Below are positions 36,220 to 47,125 of a stretch of 62,000 bases of DNA, one piece after another. The stretch comes from Wallemia ichthyophaga EXF-994 (Eukaryota > Fungi > Basidiomycota), in the NCBI RefSeq assembly GCF_000400465.1, contig NW_008806280.1, positions 300,001 to 362,000 of the forward strand. The letters run 5' to 3'. The notes below the pieces were generated by a model that was given only the letters and a program-made list of their open reading frames with translations, did not search any database and was not told the origin of the DNA. Every line of letters begins with the position of its first letter. Position 1 is the first letter of the stretch. Position numbers and translations under genes: made by a program.

Positions 36220-38000
36220 ATGGACGATCACGGCAATCACGGCAATCACGCTAATCACGCCAATCACACTGGACAACGACGCTCACGCAGAATAAGCCTG
36301 TCTGCTCCGCCAGCCACTCCCAGCAGGACTGAGCGGAGTAGAGGCAGAAGTATTGGGTTTTATGTGGTGCAAGTGCTGCTGATACTCCCACTGCAATTTG
36401 TTAGCGTGTACAGCGTTGTCTACGTGATTGCTATGTGTTTTCCATCGATGGCTCCCCAGCGCAGTCTATTGATGGACATATACGCCCCACTAGAGGTGAG
36501 CGTATCAAGACGCATTGAGCAATCCGCTCACTCCTCTCTAAGCTCTTATTCTACGCTTGGATGTTCCTCTCCCACCGCCACATCCAGCGCATTTCTCTCC
36601 CGCCGCCCCACTTCACTCCCACTTTTGCCAAAGACGTCTTTATACGGATTCTCACCGATTTCAAAGCAGCAGACACGCGCCGCATCTCTGAGTGGGAGGA
36701 ATGTGATGGTGTTACAGACACGGCAGATCCTGCAGATCCTGCAGATCCTCTATCCGACGCCGCTGCCGACATGTCACGTCACCGAAGCCAAGACCACGAC
36801 CAAGACCGTGACGAGCATGCGCACCTCGAGCACCACCTGCCCAATTTGCCCTACGACGACCCCAAAGCCTTCGACTTCCGCGAGAAGGTGCGCACATGGT
36901 TCAGCATGGCAGAATGGGGTGCTATCACGCACACGGACATGCTCACATGGCTGAGCTGGTCGATGCTAGGTGTGCCACTATCACACCGCAACGTGCCCTT
37001 TCTGGAGGAATGCGCGAGGCTGGTGGAGCGACGCACCGGGCACGCGTTCCCGCTTGAGAGAACCCCAGGCTTGGCGCGTCCCACTATCATCAGACTTAAT
37101 ATCGACCCCGTGCGCACTAGGCACCGCCCACTCGCTTTCTATATCCTCCTCGCTGCGGCTCACTACCTCACTATCGCTCTCCTCCGCTGGCGATACCACG
37201 CGGGTGTGTGGATCGAGCGCGGCGTGGAGTATGTTGTGCGCGAGGGCAGAGTGAGCGTGGACAAGAAGGATGAGGACGGAGGCGGTCGCAACGACGCTGA
37301 AATCAACAGCAACGAAACACCCATCACTCTCATGCACGGGCTGGGATTCGGGCTGCCGCACTATGCGCGCACATTCGCATATCTCGCCGACAAGTTCCCT
37401 CAGCGGACGGTAGTCATGCCGCTGAACCCGTCTACGTCAATGCGAGTGTTCAGTGGGCGTTACTTGCGACCTATAACGCGAGAGGAGGCTAGTGAGGGGT
37501 TAAATGGGGTGTTGCGACGTGTTGGAGCGACCAGTACGGATATAGTATCGCATTCGTTCGGCACAATAGCACACACGCATATACTCAAAGACGCGCCGGG
37601 GCTCGTGCGCAAGAGCGTCTTACTCGACCCAGTCACTTTCTGCCTGTGGGAGGGCGACCTCTGCTACCGCTTCCTGTACAGAGTGCCGCAGACAGCGATG
37701 GAGCTGCTAATGCACTACTTCGTCGCTACTGAGACGGGGCTCGCTAATACCCTCCAACGAAGTTTCAGTTGGTCTTGTAACCTCCTCTGGCCGCACGAGT
37801 TGGAGCGTGGCGCTACTAAGATCTTTCTTGGCGGGGAAGACGCCGTTTTCGACAGCGCAAGAGTCTATGCTTATCTTAAAAGACACGGCTTGCAGGATGG
37901 ACGCAGCCTGCATTTTTTAGACGGCTATAGACACGGTGAATGCCTTCTCAGACAAAATGGCACGCTTGATGTCGTTTGCGAGTTTTTGAAGGGCGCGTAG
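36220..38000 (+). CDS. Alpha/beta-hydrolase with an N-terminal hydrophobic segment
   Basis: One intron near 36496 joins the two ORFs. LMHGLGFG oxyanion motif, SHSFGT nucleophile elbow, LLDPVTF and a late GED/H. Confidence 0.85.
36226..36270 (+). repeat. 9-nt tandem repeat x5 (aatcacgsc), encoding DHG/NHG/NHA
   Basis: Read directly from sequence. Confidence 0.85.
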
Positions 38001-38281
38001 GGGTGTGGAGTGGAAATTTAGATTTGTAAATGGATGTATTTTGCGCAATTTGTAAATTTTTAATGCCTTCTTTGTCTTGTCTGTTGCGATGGATAGATTT
38101 ACGGATTTGGAAGCGGGGAGTGGACGAGTAGTGCAAGTAGAGCGTATTGTATACGCCGACTCAGCCAGCCACTTAACCACAGCCAGCTACCACGAAAATG
38201 AGGTCATTGGCAATTTCCACAATTCCACAAAATGCCCCGCTTCCTCGTTGCTCCTCACCGTCACACAGGGCACAGAAGAAA

Positions 38282-39351
38282 ATGCAAGGATCTTCAGCGA
38301 TAAAGCTGCTGAGTGGTGTGTAGACAGCCAGAGCGAGTACCAATATTCACGACAACAGGCACATCCCACCACCAGCTATCACAGCTCATAGCGAAGCGGT
38401 GGGTGGAGAGCGAGGCGAAAAGAGAAGACTGCTTACACACCCGCCAGCCTCGGGCTTCCACTCTGCAGTGTAAAAGTAGAGCTCAATTCCGCCGGCGAGA
38501 CCAACGTCGCCCTCCAGGAGAGTGTGCGCGACGACGATGTCTACATAGTCAACACGGGCTGCGGTAATGTAAACCAGCACCTAATGGAGACAATGATAAT
38601 GATCCACGCTTGCAAAATAGCTTCCGCATCGCGTATCACCGCCGTTATCCCCCACTTCCCTTACGCGCGCCAGGATAAAAAGGACAAGAGCCGTGCGCCA
38701 ATTACGGCGAAACTTATAGCCAACATGCTGCAGAAAGCAGGCTGCGATCACGTTATCACGATGGATTTGCACGCTTCTCAGATCCAGGGCTTCTTTGACG
38801 TGCCTGTGGATAACCTCTACGCTGAACCTTCTACCCTGCAGTATCTGCGCGAGGAGTGCGATCTCGCCAATACTGTTATCGTCAGCCCTGATGCGGGTGG
38901 AGCTAAACGCGCAACTAGCATGGCGGATAAACTCGATCTCGATTTCGCTCTCTTTCATAAGGAACGCAAGAAGGCTAATGAGGTGTCGCGTATGATTCTC
39001 GTCGGTGATTGTAAAGGCAAGACGGCTATCCTCGTAGACGATATGGCAGACACGTGCGGTACACTAGGCAGAGCTGCTAAACATCTCGTAGAGGCTGGCG
39101 CTGAGAGAGTACTCGCCGTCGTCACTCACGGTATTCTCACAGGACCTGCCCTTGACGTTATCAGCGATAGCTGTTTAGAGAAAGTTGTCGTCACTAACAC
39201 TATGCCTCAGGAACAGAACCAGCTCGGGTGTGAAAAGATTCAGGTCATCGATATCTCACAAGTCCTTGCGGAAACTATCAGAAGAAGTCACTACGGTGAG
39301 AGTATCAGTGTGCTCTTCAGCAACCTCCCTTACACTGTCGGCGTCAATTGA
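38282..39351 (+). CDS. Ribose-phosphate pyrophosphokinase
   Basis: [12 protein letters not shown]|[13 protein letters not shown]|LG..., [31 protein letters not shown]. Confidence 0.96.
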
Positions 39352-39557
39352 ATGAACCAACAAATAAATGGATTCTCCTTCTTTCCTTGCTCTTTAAAAG
39401 ATGATAATATGCATATTACACTTTGTGATAGAATGTCATGGGTGGGGTGGGTGAAAGGGGTGAGATGGTTAGATGGCAAGAGAATATGAGAGTGATGGGA
39501 TGACAGAGTGGCAGAGGATATACCAGGATATCACAGTCAGTAGCGCGTAAAGCCCTG

Positions 39558-41108
39558 CTAACTCGGTTTGGTGTTCAGAAGCGATAGAAGAGGATTGGAA
39601 GCCTGGTGGTGTGAGGGCGAGGCAGTCTGAGTAGCCTCTGCAGCCTGTTGGGGAGAGAGAAGAGAGAGAAGGCTTTGTTTGTGGTTGGGATCGTTTTTAT
39701 GGAGGTAGGAGGGGTGTGAGTGGGTGTTATTCACGCTATTCACGTTGTTAACATTTCGAGCACCATTCATACCTTGCAAGGGCTGCAAACTCTCCAACAA
39801 AGTCTGCTGCAAGTTTTGTGGTGGCTGAGTGTTGGTTATTCCCGAAGGAGGATGCATGATGGTAGACAGTTGGGAGTGGGAGTGCATCTTGGTCAAGTCG
39901 TGTGAGAGATGTGAGGACAAGTTGTTGACATTGTGTTGAATGTTGTGATGTGAGGGTGTGTTGGGTGTGTTGCCCGTGTTGCCCCGATGATCCAAACCCA
40001 TCTGCCTCTGCATGTCCATATCACCGACATGATCACCTTCACCCAAAACAAAATTGATTGGTACATTTGTGCTGGCGTTGGAGGGAAGTGAGGGGAGTGG
40101 AGGATTGCTCTGTACTGGAGGCATCTTGGGTGGCATGAGTGGGGGTGGGAAGGGTTGAAGGTTGGGTAAGGGAGCAGTGGAAGGAGTGGAGTTGGAGTTG
40201 TGGGTGGATTTGGGAGAATGCTGTAGAATCTGTAGTGGAGAGGAACCATTGTGTGCGTGTATGTCACCAGGTGCGGGCGTGCATTGAGAGAATAACCTGT
40301 CTACATGGGATAGTGAGACATTTGAAGTGGATAGTTTTGAGAAGAGGGAGTCGATGGGGTTGGACGTGGGCTCGTTGTCAGGGGAGAGTAAGGCGTTTGA
40401 ATTTGGTTTATGTCGCTTGATGAAAGATTTCAATCGACCGATAAAAGGGGTAATGAGGTAGAATTTAGATGAGGAGAGCTGTTTTGAATTCCTCTTCCAA
40501 GACGGCAGATCAGTAAGTTTAAACCACTCGATTTTAGAAATTTCCTTCCTTGTTTGAGTTTTGAAGGGGGTGTCCATAGGTACGTTTTGGATGATATACA
40601 GTCTGATTTTCTGGTCTTTGATGGCTACGTCAATGTAGTCAGTGTGTACGAGGCGAGTGGAGCAATCGAAGCCAGTTTCCTCGAGCACCTCCCTCACAGC
40701 ACATAGGTGGTGTGCTTCATCGAGGTTGATCTTACCCTTAGGGAAAGACCAGGCGGAGGATTGTTTCCAGCCCTTGACGAGGAGGCAGTGGGAGAGTTGT
40801 TGGTTGAGAATGATGGCCCCACACACGGGTACTCGTGTCTTGTAGCGGATGAAATCGGCGAAAGCTTTCTCGTGTCGATGGGATTGCTTGGAGAGGATTG
40901 GGCAGTGTTTGAAGAATTGCTGAGAGAATTGTTTGAGGTGGAAAGAGGGAAGTGAGGGCTCTAGCTCCCTAATGAAGTCCTCGTAATACCAATGGGCAGC
41001 TTCGACTTGGAAGCATAGCCGTTCAAGCGATTGCTGCTCTTGGACCGGCAGATTTATAATAAATTTTGTACTCAAATTGAGAAATATTTCATCCATCTTG
41101 GTTGTCAT
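39558..41108 (-). CDS. DCP2: mRNA decapping enzyme Dcp2
   Basis: Box A RLCFQVEAAHWYYEDF and Nudix box WSFPKGK...REVLEETG, then a disordered tail. Confidence 0.95.
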   Translation of the reverse strand: MTTKMDEIFLNLSTKFIINLPVQEQQSLERLCFQVEAAHWYYEDFIRELEPSLPSFHLKQFSQQFFKHCPILSKQSHRHEKAFADFIRYKTRVPVCGAIILNQQLSHCLLVKGWKQSSAWSFPKGKINLDEAHHLCAVREVLEETGFDCSTRLVHTDYIDVAIKDQKIRLYIIQNVPMDTPFKTQTRKEISKIEWFKLTDLPSWKRNSKQLSSSKFYLITPFIGRLKSFIKRHKPNSNALLSPDNEPTSNPIDSLFSKLSTSNVSLSHVDRLFSQCTPAPGDIHAHNGSSPLQILQHSPKSTHNSNSTPSTAPLPNLQPFPPPLMPPKMPPVQSNPPLPSLPSNASTNVPINFVLGEGDHVGDMDMQRQMGLDHRGNTGNTPNTPSHHNIQHNVNNLSSHLSHDLTKMHSHSQLSTIMHPPSGITNTQPPQNLQQTLLESLQPLQGMNGARNVNNVNSVNNTHSHPSYLHKNDPNHKQSLLSLLSPQQAAEATQTASPSHHQASNPLLSLLNTKPS

Positions 41109-41124
41109 TTACACACCACCGACC

Positions 41125-41706
41125 ATGTCGAGCCTAACGCGTATAAGGAAGAATTATTTGAACAGTCTCTATAAAAATTTATTATCCAATCAAAACCTCT
41201 TGTTCTACCAGTTTAATAATTTCAATGTTTCTCAGTTGAGTGGGTTGAGGGGGGTTATAGACAGCGAGACGAATGGGAAGGCTTCGTTGACCGTAATCAG
41301 ATCGGGTGTATTTAGAGGATTATCCAGCGACCCGAACCTTAAGCAGCTCCTCACTGGCAACTGCTGCGTTGTGTCTTTCACCCATATAGACCCTCCAACC
41401 ATCAAATCCATTTTGCAGAAAACAGATTCAATCAAGTCCAATAGCAGGTTTAGACCGCTTCCCTTGTCCATCCAAAACACAGACACCATCCCCGCCAACC
41501 CAAAGATGCTCCTTCTTGGCGGTCACATCGGCAACGCCACCGTTGACCCATTCCACATCAGACACCTCGCTAACCTCCCTTCTTTGCCTCAAATACACTC
41601 CCAAATCCATTCCATCATATCAAACCCATCCGCCTCTATCCACTCACACATCTCCAACCCCTCCTCCCGCTTACACTCCCTCTTAAAATCCCATTCTCAG
41701 CAATAG
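41125..41706 (+). CDS. MRPL11: Mitochondrial ribosomal protein uL10m (Mrpl11-like)
   Basis: LLFYQFNN, VIRSGVFR, LLLGG, LANLPSLPQIHSQI are typical of L10. Confidence 0.75.
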   Translation: MSSLTRIRKNYLNSLYKNLLSNQNLLFYQFNNFNVSQLSGLRGVIDSETNGKASLTVIRSGVFRGLSSDPNLKQLLTGNCCVVSFTHIDPPTIKSILQKTDSIKSNSRFRPLPLSIQNTDTIPANPKMLLLGGHIGNATVDPFHIRHLANLPSLPQIHSQIHSIISNPSASIHSHISNPSSRLHSLLKSHSQQ

Positions 41707-41856
41707 ATGTCTCATAAAATTTTCATCTTCGTTATTTCCTTATTTGTGCGGCGTGCGTGTGTGTTGTTGTGTGTGTCTGTGTAAGCGCCCACTCTCACCT
41801 CCTTCTACTCACCCATCTCTATTCCATCTCCTCCCTCTTCTCAACCACCATCATCA

Positions 41857-43572
41857 ATGACAACGCCTTCCAATCAAATTACTGAGTTTGTTGAGAGATA
41901 CAACGCTGCACAAGGCCAGGAACACTCACAAACACAATCCCATCCGCCCCACCAATCCCCCGCCATCAATCTCGCTCAACAACTCAAATCCCACTCCACG
42001 CAGCACCCACTAACAGATGCAGACGTTGCCTATCTATCCGCACAGCTCCACCCACTCCACCATCCTGGCGTATTCATGTACACCACCACCCTCTACACGC
42101 GACAGCTATTGAGTGACCTAGCAAACACACAAGGCACAAACACACATACCAACACTTCAATCGCCAGCCAATACCATTCCTCGCAGCACCACGCCCACAA
42201 CACTCCCACCGCCCATCTGCGAGTATGGGCTGAGGTAGTCGTAGAGCTATCTGAGCAGCTGCATGCACTGGCCAAGTTAATCGGCAGTGTAAAGTCGTCT
42301 CTACCCGCCCTCCACTCTCTCCTGTACTCCCTAACCGGTGGTGCGGTTAACGAGCTAACGGGTGTACACCGCGTATTTACGCAGGCGTGCATCGATGCAC
42401 ATATGCCGACGTACGCGATAGGAGTGGTGGAAGGTGCTTTGGCGCTGAGTAGCAGCAGCAGCAGCAGCAATTGCAGTCTCGAGATACCCTCATACACCCC
42501 TCTCACTTGCAACGACGCACTAGCGTTCCTCGCCAACGCTGCAACGGCGCTGCTCATGCTGGGGCGATTCGAACAGGCCCTGTTTGCTCTACAAATGGTC
42601 CTCGCTATGCCATTATCAACGTCATCGTCTTCAGCTGCCCCTTCTACTTGCTCTTCCTCTTGCATCCCGCCAGCCTTGCTCGACGCTGCCAAGCGCTCCC
42701 TCCTCACACAGCTCATTGTATACGGTACCATCACCCCCTTCCCCAAACACTGCGGTGGGGTTGAGCGCGCACTCAAGAAAACTGCACCCGCTTTTCACTC
42801 CCTCCTCGAAATCAGCATTGGCGAGAGAGACAAAGAGAGAGATTCCTTGGCGCAATCGCAGTCGCAATTGCAGTCGCAGTCGCAGTCACTCTCGCAGCCA
42901 CACACGCTCTCGTTCAACTCCCGCTCTCACACTACCATGCTGTATCTGGAGGTATTACGCAAGAACAGCACGGCTTTTGCGTCGGAGGGGGGTGTGAGTG
43001 AGGCTGCGAACGAGACTGAAGCGGCGCACCTCGCCAGACTCGCCCAAGATAGCCTGTGGGCGTCACTCGTCGCCTGCTACGCGGACGTGTACTCGTCTAT
43101 CCCCGTCGCCCATCTCGCAGCTGAGCTGGGTGAGTACGGTGAGCACGCGCACATCAGAGAAGACACGCACACGGACACACACCCACACTCACACACGTCC
43201 TCCCTCTCCCCCTTCCTCCAACGCATCGCGTCCGCCATCGCCCTCGGCAGGGTGCAGGCGCGCATCGACGGCGTTGCCCAGGTTGTGCATTTCGACGTGG
43301 GCGAGAAGAGTGAGACAAATACAAAGTCAGACGAGAAACTTGTCGGATCTCGCCTCGAATCAGCCATCAAACACTCTCTTATTGCCCAGCAACACGTGCT
43401 TGCGCTCGACCGCCACCTCGCTCTCCACCCTCTCTTTGTCAAGCATCACATAGCCAAGACTGAGCAGGGCGAGCGGCGAAGGAGGGACAAGGAGGGCGAC
43501 GAGGATGGCGAGCAGGAAAACGAAAAGGACAAAGATAGCGACGAAATGGTGCTGAGTGAAGGCGATGAGTAG
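41857..43572 (+). CDS. CSN3: PCI-domain protein, COP9 signalosome subunit 3-like
   Basis: ELTGVHRVFTQACI, YSSIPVAHLAAELG, GRVQARID, VLALDRHLALHP; many low-complexity insertions. Confidence 0.75.
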   Translation: MTTPSNQITEFVERYNAAQGQEHSQTQSHPPHQSPAINLAQQLKSHSTQHPLTDADVAYLSAQLHPLHHPGVFMYTTTLYTRQLLSDLANTQGTNTHTNTSIASQYHSSQHHAHNTPTAHLRVWAEVVVELSEQLHALAKLIGSVKSSLPALHSLLYSLTGGAVNELTGVHRVFTQACIDAHMPTYAIGVVEGALALSSSSSSSNCSLEIPSYTPLTCNDALAFLANAATALLMLGRFEQALFALQMVLAMPLSTSSSSAAPSTCSSSCIPPALLDAAKRSLLTQLIVYGTITPFPKHCGGVERALKKTAPAFHSLLEISIGERDKERDSLAQSQSQLQSQSQSLSQPHTLSFNSRSHTTMLYLEVLRKNSTAFASEGGVSEAANETEAAHLARLAQDSLWASLVACYADVYSSIPVAHLAAELGEYGEHAHIREDTHTDTHPHSHTSSLSPFLQRIASAIALGRVQARIDGVAQVVHFDVGEKSETNTKSDEKLVGSRLESAIKHSLIAQQHVLALDRHLALHPLFVKHHIAKTEQGERRRRDKEGDEDGEQENEKDKDSDEMVLSEGDE

Positions 43573-43633
43573 AATGCACAATACACGGTCGACGGTCGTA
43601 CAAGTACACAACTTTATATTCATACATGTTTAA

Positions 43634-44395
43634 TCAAGTCTCCAACGCCAGCCTAGCCATGCTGTCGAGGACGCCGTCCACATTGAGCAGCGCCTCGCCC
43701 TTGGCCCTCCAATGTGCGTATACGTGGGGGATGTCGAACCAGGGCGTGGCAGTGTCAGCGTGTGGATCTACGCTGCGCACGTGTGTGTATGTCGACAGAT
43801 AGTGGCTGACGTTATTGCTCCCTCGTATATCGTCGAGCACGCCGAGAAGCGCGACGAGCATGCTGTCGGTGCTGCTCCCATCCCATGTCGACACCTGCAG
43901 CAAGTTCCACGGCTGGAACGCTGCCTTCTCGGCACTGTCGTCGACGAGGATGGTGTTGTACTGCGAGTACTGAGGGTGCTCTGCGTCTGCGTCTGAGCCA
44001 TCTGCCTCACTCCCATGCCACACCAACTCGAGATCCTTATACGTCTGCACCTTATTCTTGTAGTCGCGCGCGGACATGGACATATCCTCGCGTGTGTAGA
44101 CGGCCTTGAGGTGTTGTCTGTGGGTTGCGTTGAATGCACTGTCGACATACCGCGCCACGTTATGGCGCATCGCCGAGCTATAAACCATCACGTCAAACTG
44201 CCCGCGATGGTGGTCGAATAGCATTTTCTGGAGCTGGGCGAGGTGTGGGCGCTGCTTGTCGTTGCGCGATTTAGTCGCTATCAATGTGCCATTAAGATCG
44301 AATACGATGAGCTGCCTGCGTTTTTTCACTTGTGTCACTTGCGTGCGGGCCACGCGCTCTATGTAGCCGCTGCTGGGGCGCGGTGGTGGGAGCAT
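43634..44395 (-). CDS. HAD/FCP1-homology (NIF) phosphatase-like protein
   Basis: LIVFDLNGTL, RPHL, VYSSAM, YKDL, ILVDDSAEKA. Confidence 0.85.
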   Translation of the reverse strand: MLPPPRPSSGYIERVARTQVTQVKKRRQLIVFDLNGTLIATKSRNDKQRPHLAQLQKMLFDHHRGQFDVMVYSSAMRHNVARYVDSAFNATHRQHLKAVYTREDMSMSARDYKNKVQTYKDLELVWHGSEADGSDADAEHPQYSQYNTILVDDSAEKAAFQPWNLLQVSTWDGSSTDSMLVALLGVLDDIRGSNNVSHYLSTYTHVRSVDPHADTATPWFDIPHVYAHWRAKGEALLNVDGVLDSMARLALET

Positions 44396-44441
44396 CTCTG
44401 CGAGAACGACAAGTAGAAGGAGAAAAGAAATATCGCGATTA

Positions 44442-44594
44442 ATGGACAAAGGCGCTAAAGTTGGTATAGGGCTGGGCGTGGGTGCGGGAGTGCTCGTCGT
44501 GCTCTCCACCCTCCTCTACTTGGCTTGGAAGAGAGACATCTATGCGAGAGCTACAGCTCACCGCGCAGAACATCTGGATGCAGTGGGGTTCTAG
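44442..44594 (+). CDS. 50-aa single-pass membrane microprotein; below the ORF-track cutoff
   Basis: MDKGAKVGIGLGVGAGVLVVLSTLLYLAWKRDIYARATAHRAEHLDAVGF*: Gly-rich TM helix with a basic stop-transfer segment. Confidence 0.6.
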   Translation: MDKGAKVGIGLGVGAGVLVVLSTLLYLAWKRDIYARATAHRAEHLDAVGF

Positions 44595-44603
44595 AACTAC
44601 CGC

Positions 44604-44633
44604 TTTCTTGGATTTTCTTGGATTTTCTTGGAT
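44604..44633. repeat. 10-nt tandem repeat (TTTCTTGGAT) x3
   Basis: Read directly from sequence. Confidence 0.85.
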
Positions 44634-44859
44634 TTTACTTGAATTCACCGCCCAAGATGAGCCCATTTGTTAACGCCCTGACAACCCCACGGCTAACCCC
44701 TGTCACAGACGTCACAACTGTCAAAACGTCGTACACATTCCCCGTCACAGTCACATCGGCGTTCCTTTAATTTAACTCTATTTTCTCTACATTTTTGCTG
44801 GAAAATCCCCCGACAGCCGTCAATTACATCAATATCTTTGGCCGGGCTAGACAGATGCA

Positions 44860-45486
44860 GTGGAATATAAAATGCAGTCTGAGTGTCTTCTTGCTTCAGT
44901 ACCCAGCAAATCACACAACTGCTCACAAATCGCCATGATAAACCCTCGCAACTTTATCTCAAACCATGCAAGACATTCCTCCAAACTCGACGACCTCCTC
45001 GACGAGGATCCATTCTCGAGCTTCGCAGAATTCCCGTCTCCGCCTCCTCGCGACGATGGACCACTGCGCCGCCAACTAAGCAAAGCCATCAGACAGTCAC
45101 TCCAGATCAGCAACTCACCGAGGACACCTGCAATGACATATAGCGAGAGTGAGGTGGGCGAGTGTGAGAGTGAGAGCGAGGAGAGCGATAATCAGGTTAT
45201 ACACTCGCGCACATGCAGTCCTACAGACTCAGAATTCAGTATGGATACTAGCAGCAGCAGTAGCTCATACTCATATTCGCTCAACGACCACCGCGATTAT
45301 CGCCCTATGACACCACCTCGCATCTCTAGTCTTGATTTCAACGCAAACACCAAGACATCGAAACCTCAGAAGCAACTGCTCAGCCCACTGAATATAACGT
45401 CGGATACTCGCAGGCCGGTTAGTCCGACCAAGGAGAAACTATCGCATGTCTCCAAGTCGCTCTTGTCCTTTATGGGAATGTTGTAG
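44860..45486 (+). CDS. Hypothetical Ser/Pro-rich disordered protein
   Basis: 208-codon ORF; start uncertain (44860, 44872 or 44935). Confidence 0.55.
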   Translation: MEYKMQSECLLASVPSKSHNCSQIAMINPRNFISNHARHSSKLDDLLDEDPFSSFAEFPSPPPRDDGPLRRQLSKAIRQSLQISNSPRTPAMTYSESEVGECESESEESDNQVIHSRTCSPTDSEFSMDTSSSSSSYSYSLNDHRDYRPMTPPRISSLDFNANTKTSKPQKQLLSPLNITSDTRRPVSPTKEKLSHVSKSLLSFMGML

Positions 45487-45684
45487 GGCATTTGCGCACT
45501 TGCTCACTCATTCACCTTGTACTCTGGTCTTTTACTCGCAATACTCACCACGTTGATCGCATATCGCTAGCACTTTCTATGTTATTATATCGCTTATCGC
45601 TTATCGCTCATATAAATTGAATCAAAATGTATTTATATTTTATGTTTTGCTTTTCCTTTTGCTTTCTTTAATTACAATCATCAG

Positions 45685-47064
45685 ATGAGGTACTCGGCTA
45701 TCACCAGCGCAGCAAACACACTAAAGAGAACACCGCTATTCGACTGGCACGTTAGCATAGGTGGTCAGATGGTTCCATTTGCAGGCTGGGCGATGCCATT
45801 GCAGTACAAGGGTGTTGGACAAGGTAGGTTAAGTTGTATGTGTTAGTTGTACCTCTAAACTCCATAATCCAAATCAGTCGATGCGCACCACCACACGCGT
45901 AACCACGCTGGTCTGTTCGATGTATCCCACATGCAGTGAGTTGGCAGGTTATCAGATGACGATGATGTCATGACGATTTATGCGAACCTAACCCTTTTCA
46001 GGCAGATAGTTATCAAACAATCACCACACACGCACTCTTCTTTCATCCACTCTATCCTCCCTATCGCCCACACGCAGCCACTGCACACTTCCGCCTACAG
46101 CCTCATCCTCACTGACACTGGCGCGATAATCGACGACTGCATACTCACTAAATGGCGCGACGACGAGTATTACCTGGTTACCAACGCCTCCCGCGCCCAC
46201 TGTGTGCGTGAGTGGCTCGAGGGGCACAAAATGGCGTACGAGAAGCGTGAAAGCACCTCGAGCAACTCGAGTAACTCTGTCGTCCTCAAATACCTCGAGT
46301 CTCACTCGCAGGCTCTGCTCGCACTGCAGGGTCCCAGCGCCGCTGCCGTACTCGAGAACCACTCCGATGTCTCACTCAAGGATCTCCATTTCGGCAGGGT
46401 GAAGCAACATCTCAGACTCAGCGGCGGTGCTGTTGTACATCTCGCTCGCAGCGGATACACGGGCGAGGATGGTTTTGAGGTGTCGGTCGAGCAGAGAGAT
46501 GCGGTGCAGGTGGCAGATATGCTTGCTGACACGGCCCCTACTATGCCCATAGGATTGGGCGCACGTGATAGTTTGCGTCTCGAGGCCGGTATGTGTCTCT
46601 ATGGTAATGATCTGTGGGAGGGTGAAAGTGAGGGTGCTACCACTCCTACCACTCCTGCTGCCCCTCATCCTCTCTCCGTCGGCGAGGCGGGCTTGGCGTG
46701 GACAATTGCTAAAGACAGACGAACACGCGAGCAGGAAACACTCTTCCCAGGCTGGGATAAAGTCGTACCATCGCTCAAAGTGGCTAATATGCAAATACGC
46801 CGCGTCGGTCTGGTGATTGAAAAGGGCGCGGCTGCTCGTAGCAACTCGATCATTGAAGATGCTCATTCAGGTGCGTCCGTCGGCTGGGTGACTTCGGGCG
46901 CTCCTTCGCCAACTCTCAACCAGAATATCGCCATGGGATACGTATCCAAGGAGCTCTCCGCAGTGGGCACACCACTCGTCGTCAACGTCAGAGGCAGACA
47001 GCGCCGAGCGGAGGTGGTAAAAATGCCTTTCGTGGCTAGTAACTATTATCGTGGAAGTGAGTAG
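45685..47064 (+). CDS. GCV1: Glycine cleavage T protein (aminomethyltransferase)
   Basis: [10 protein letters not shown]...[50 protein letters not shown]; two introns. Confidence 0.96.
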
Positions 47065-47125
47065 GGTATATAATATGATAAGATATGTACAATTCGAGCG
47101 AAATCTATTCCAAACCTTAGCCACA

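Noticed and set aside
38077-38391. 104-aa ORF containing ENARIFS, resembling a PRS N-terminus
   Set aside because: Joining it would need a non-canonical donor. The frame [12 protein letters not shown] from 38282 splices canonically and fits the family.
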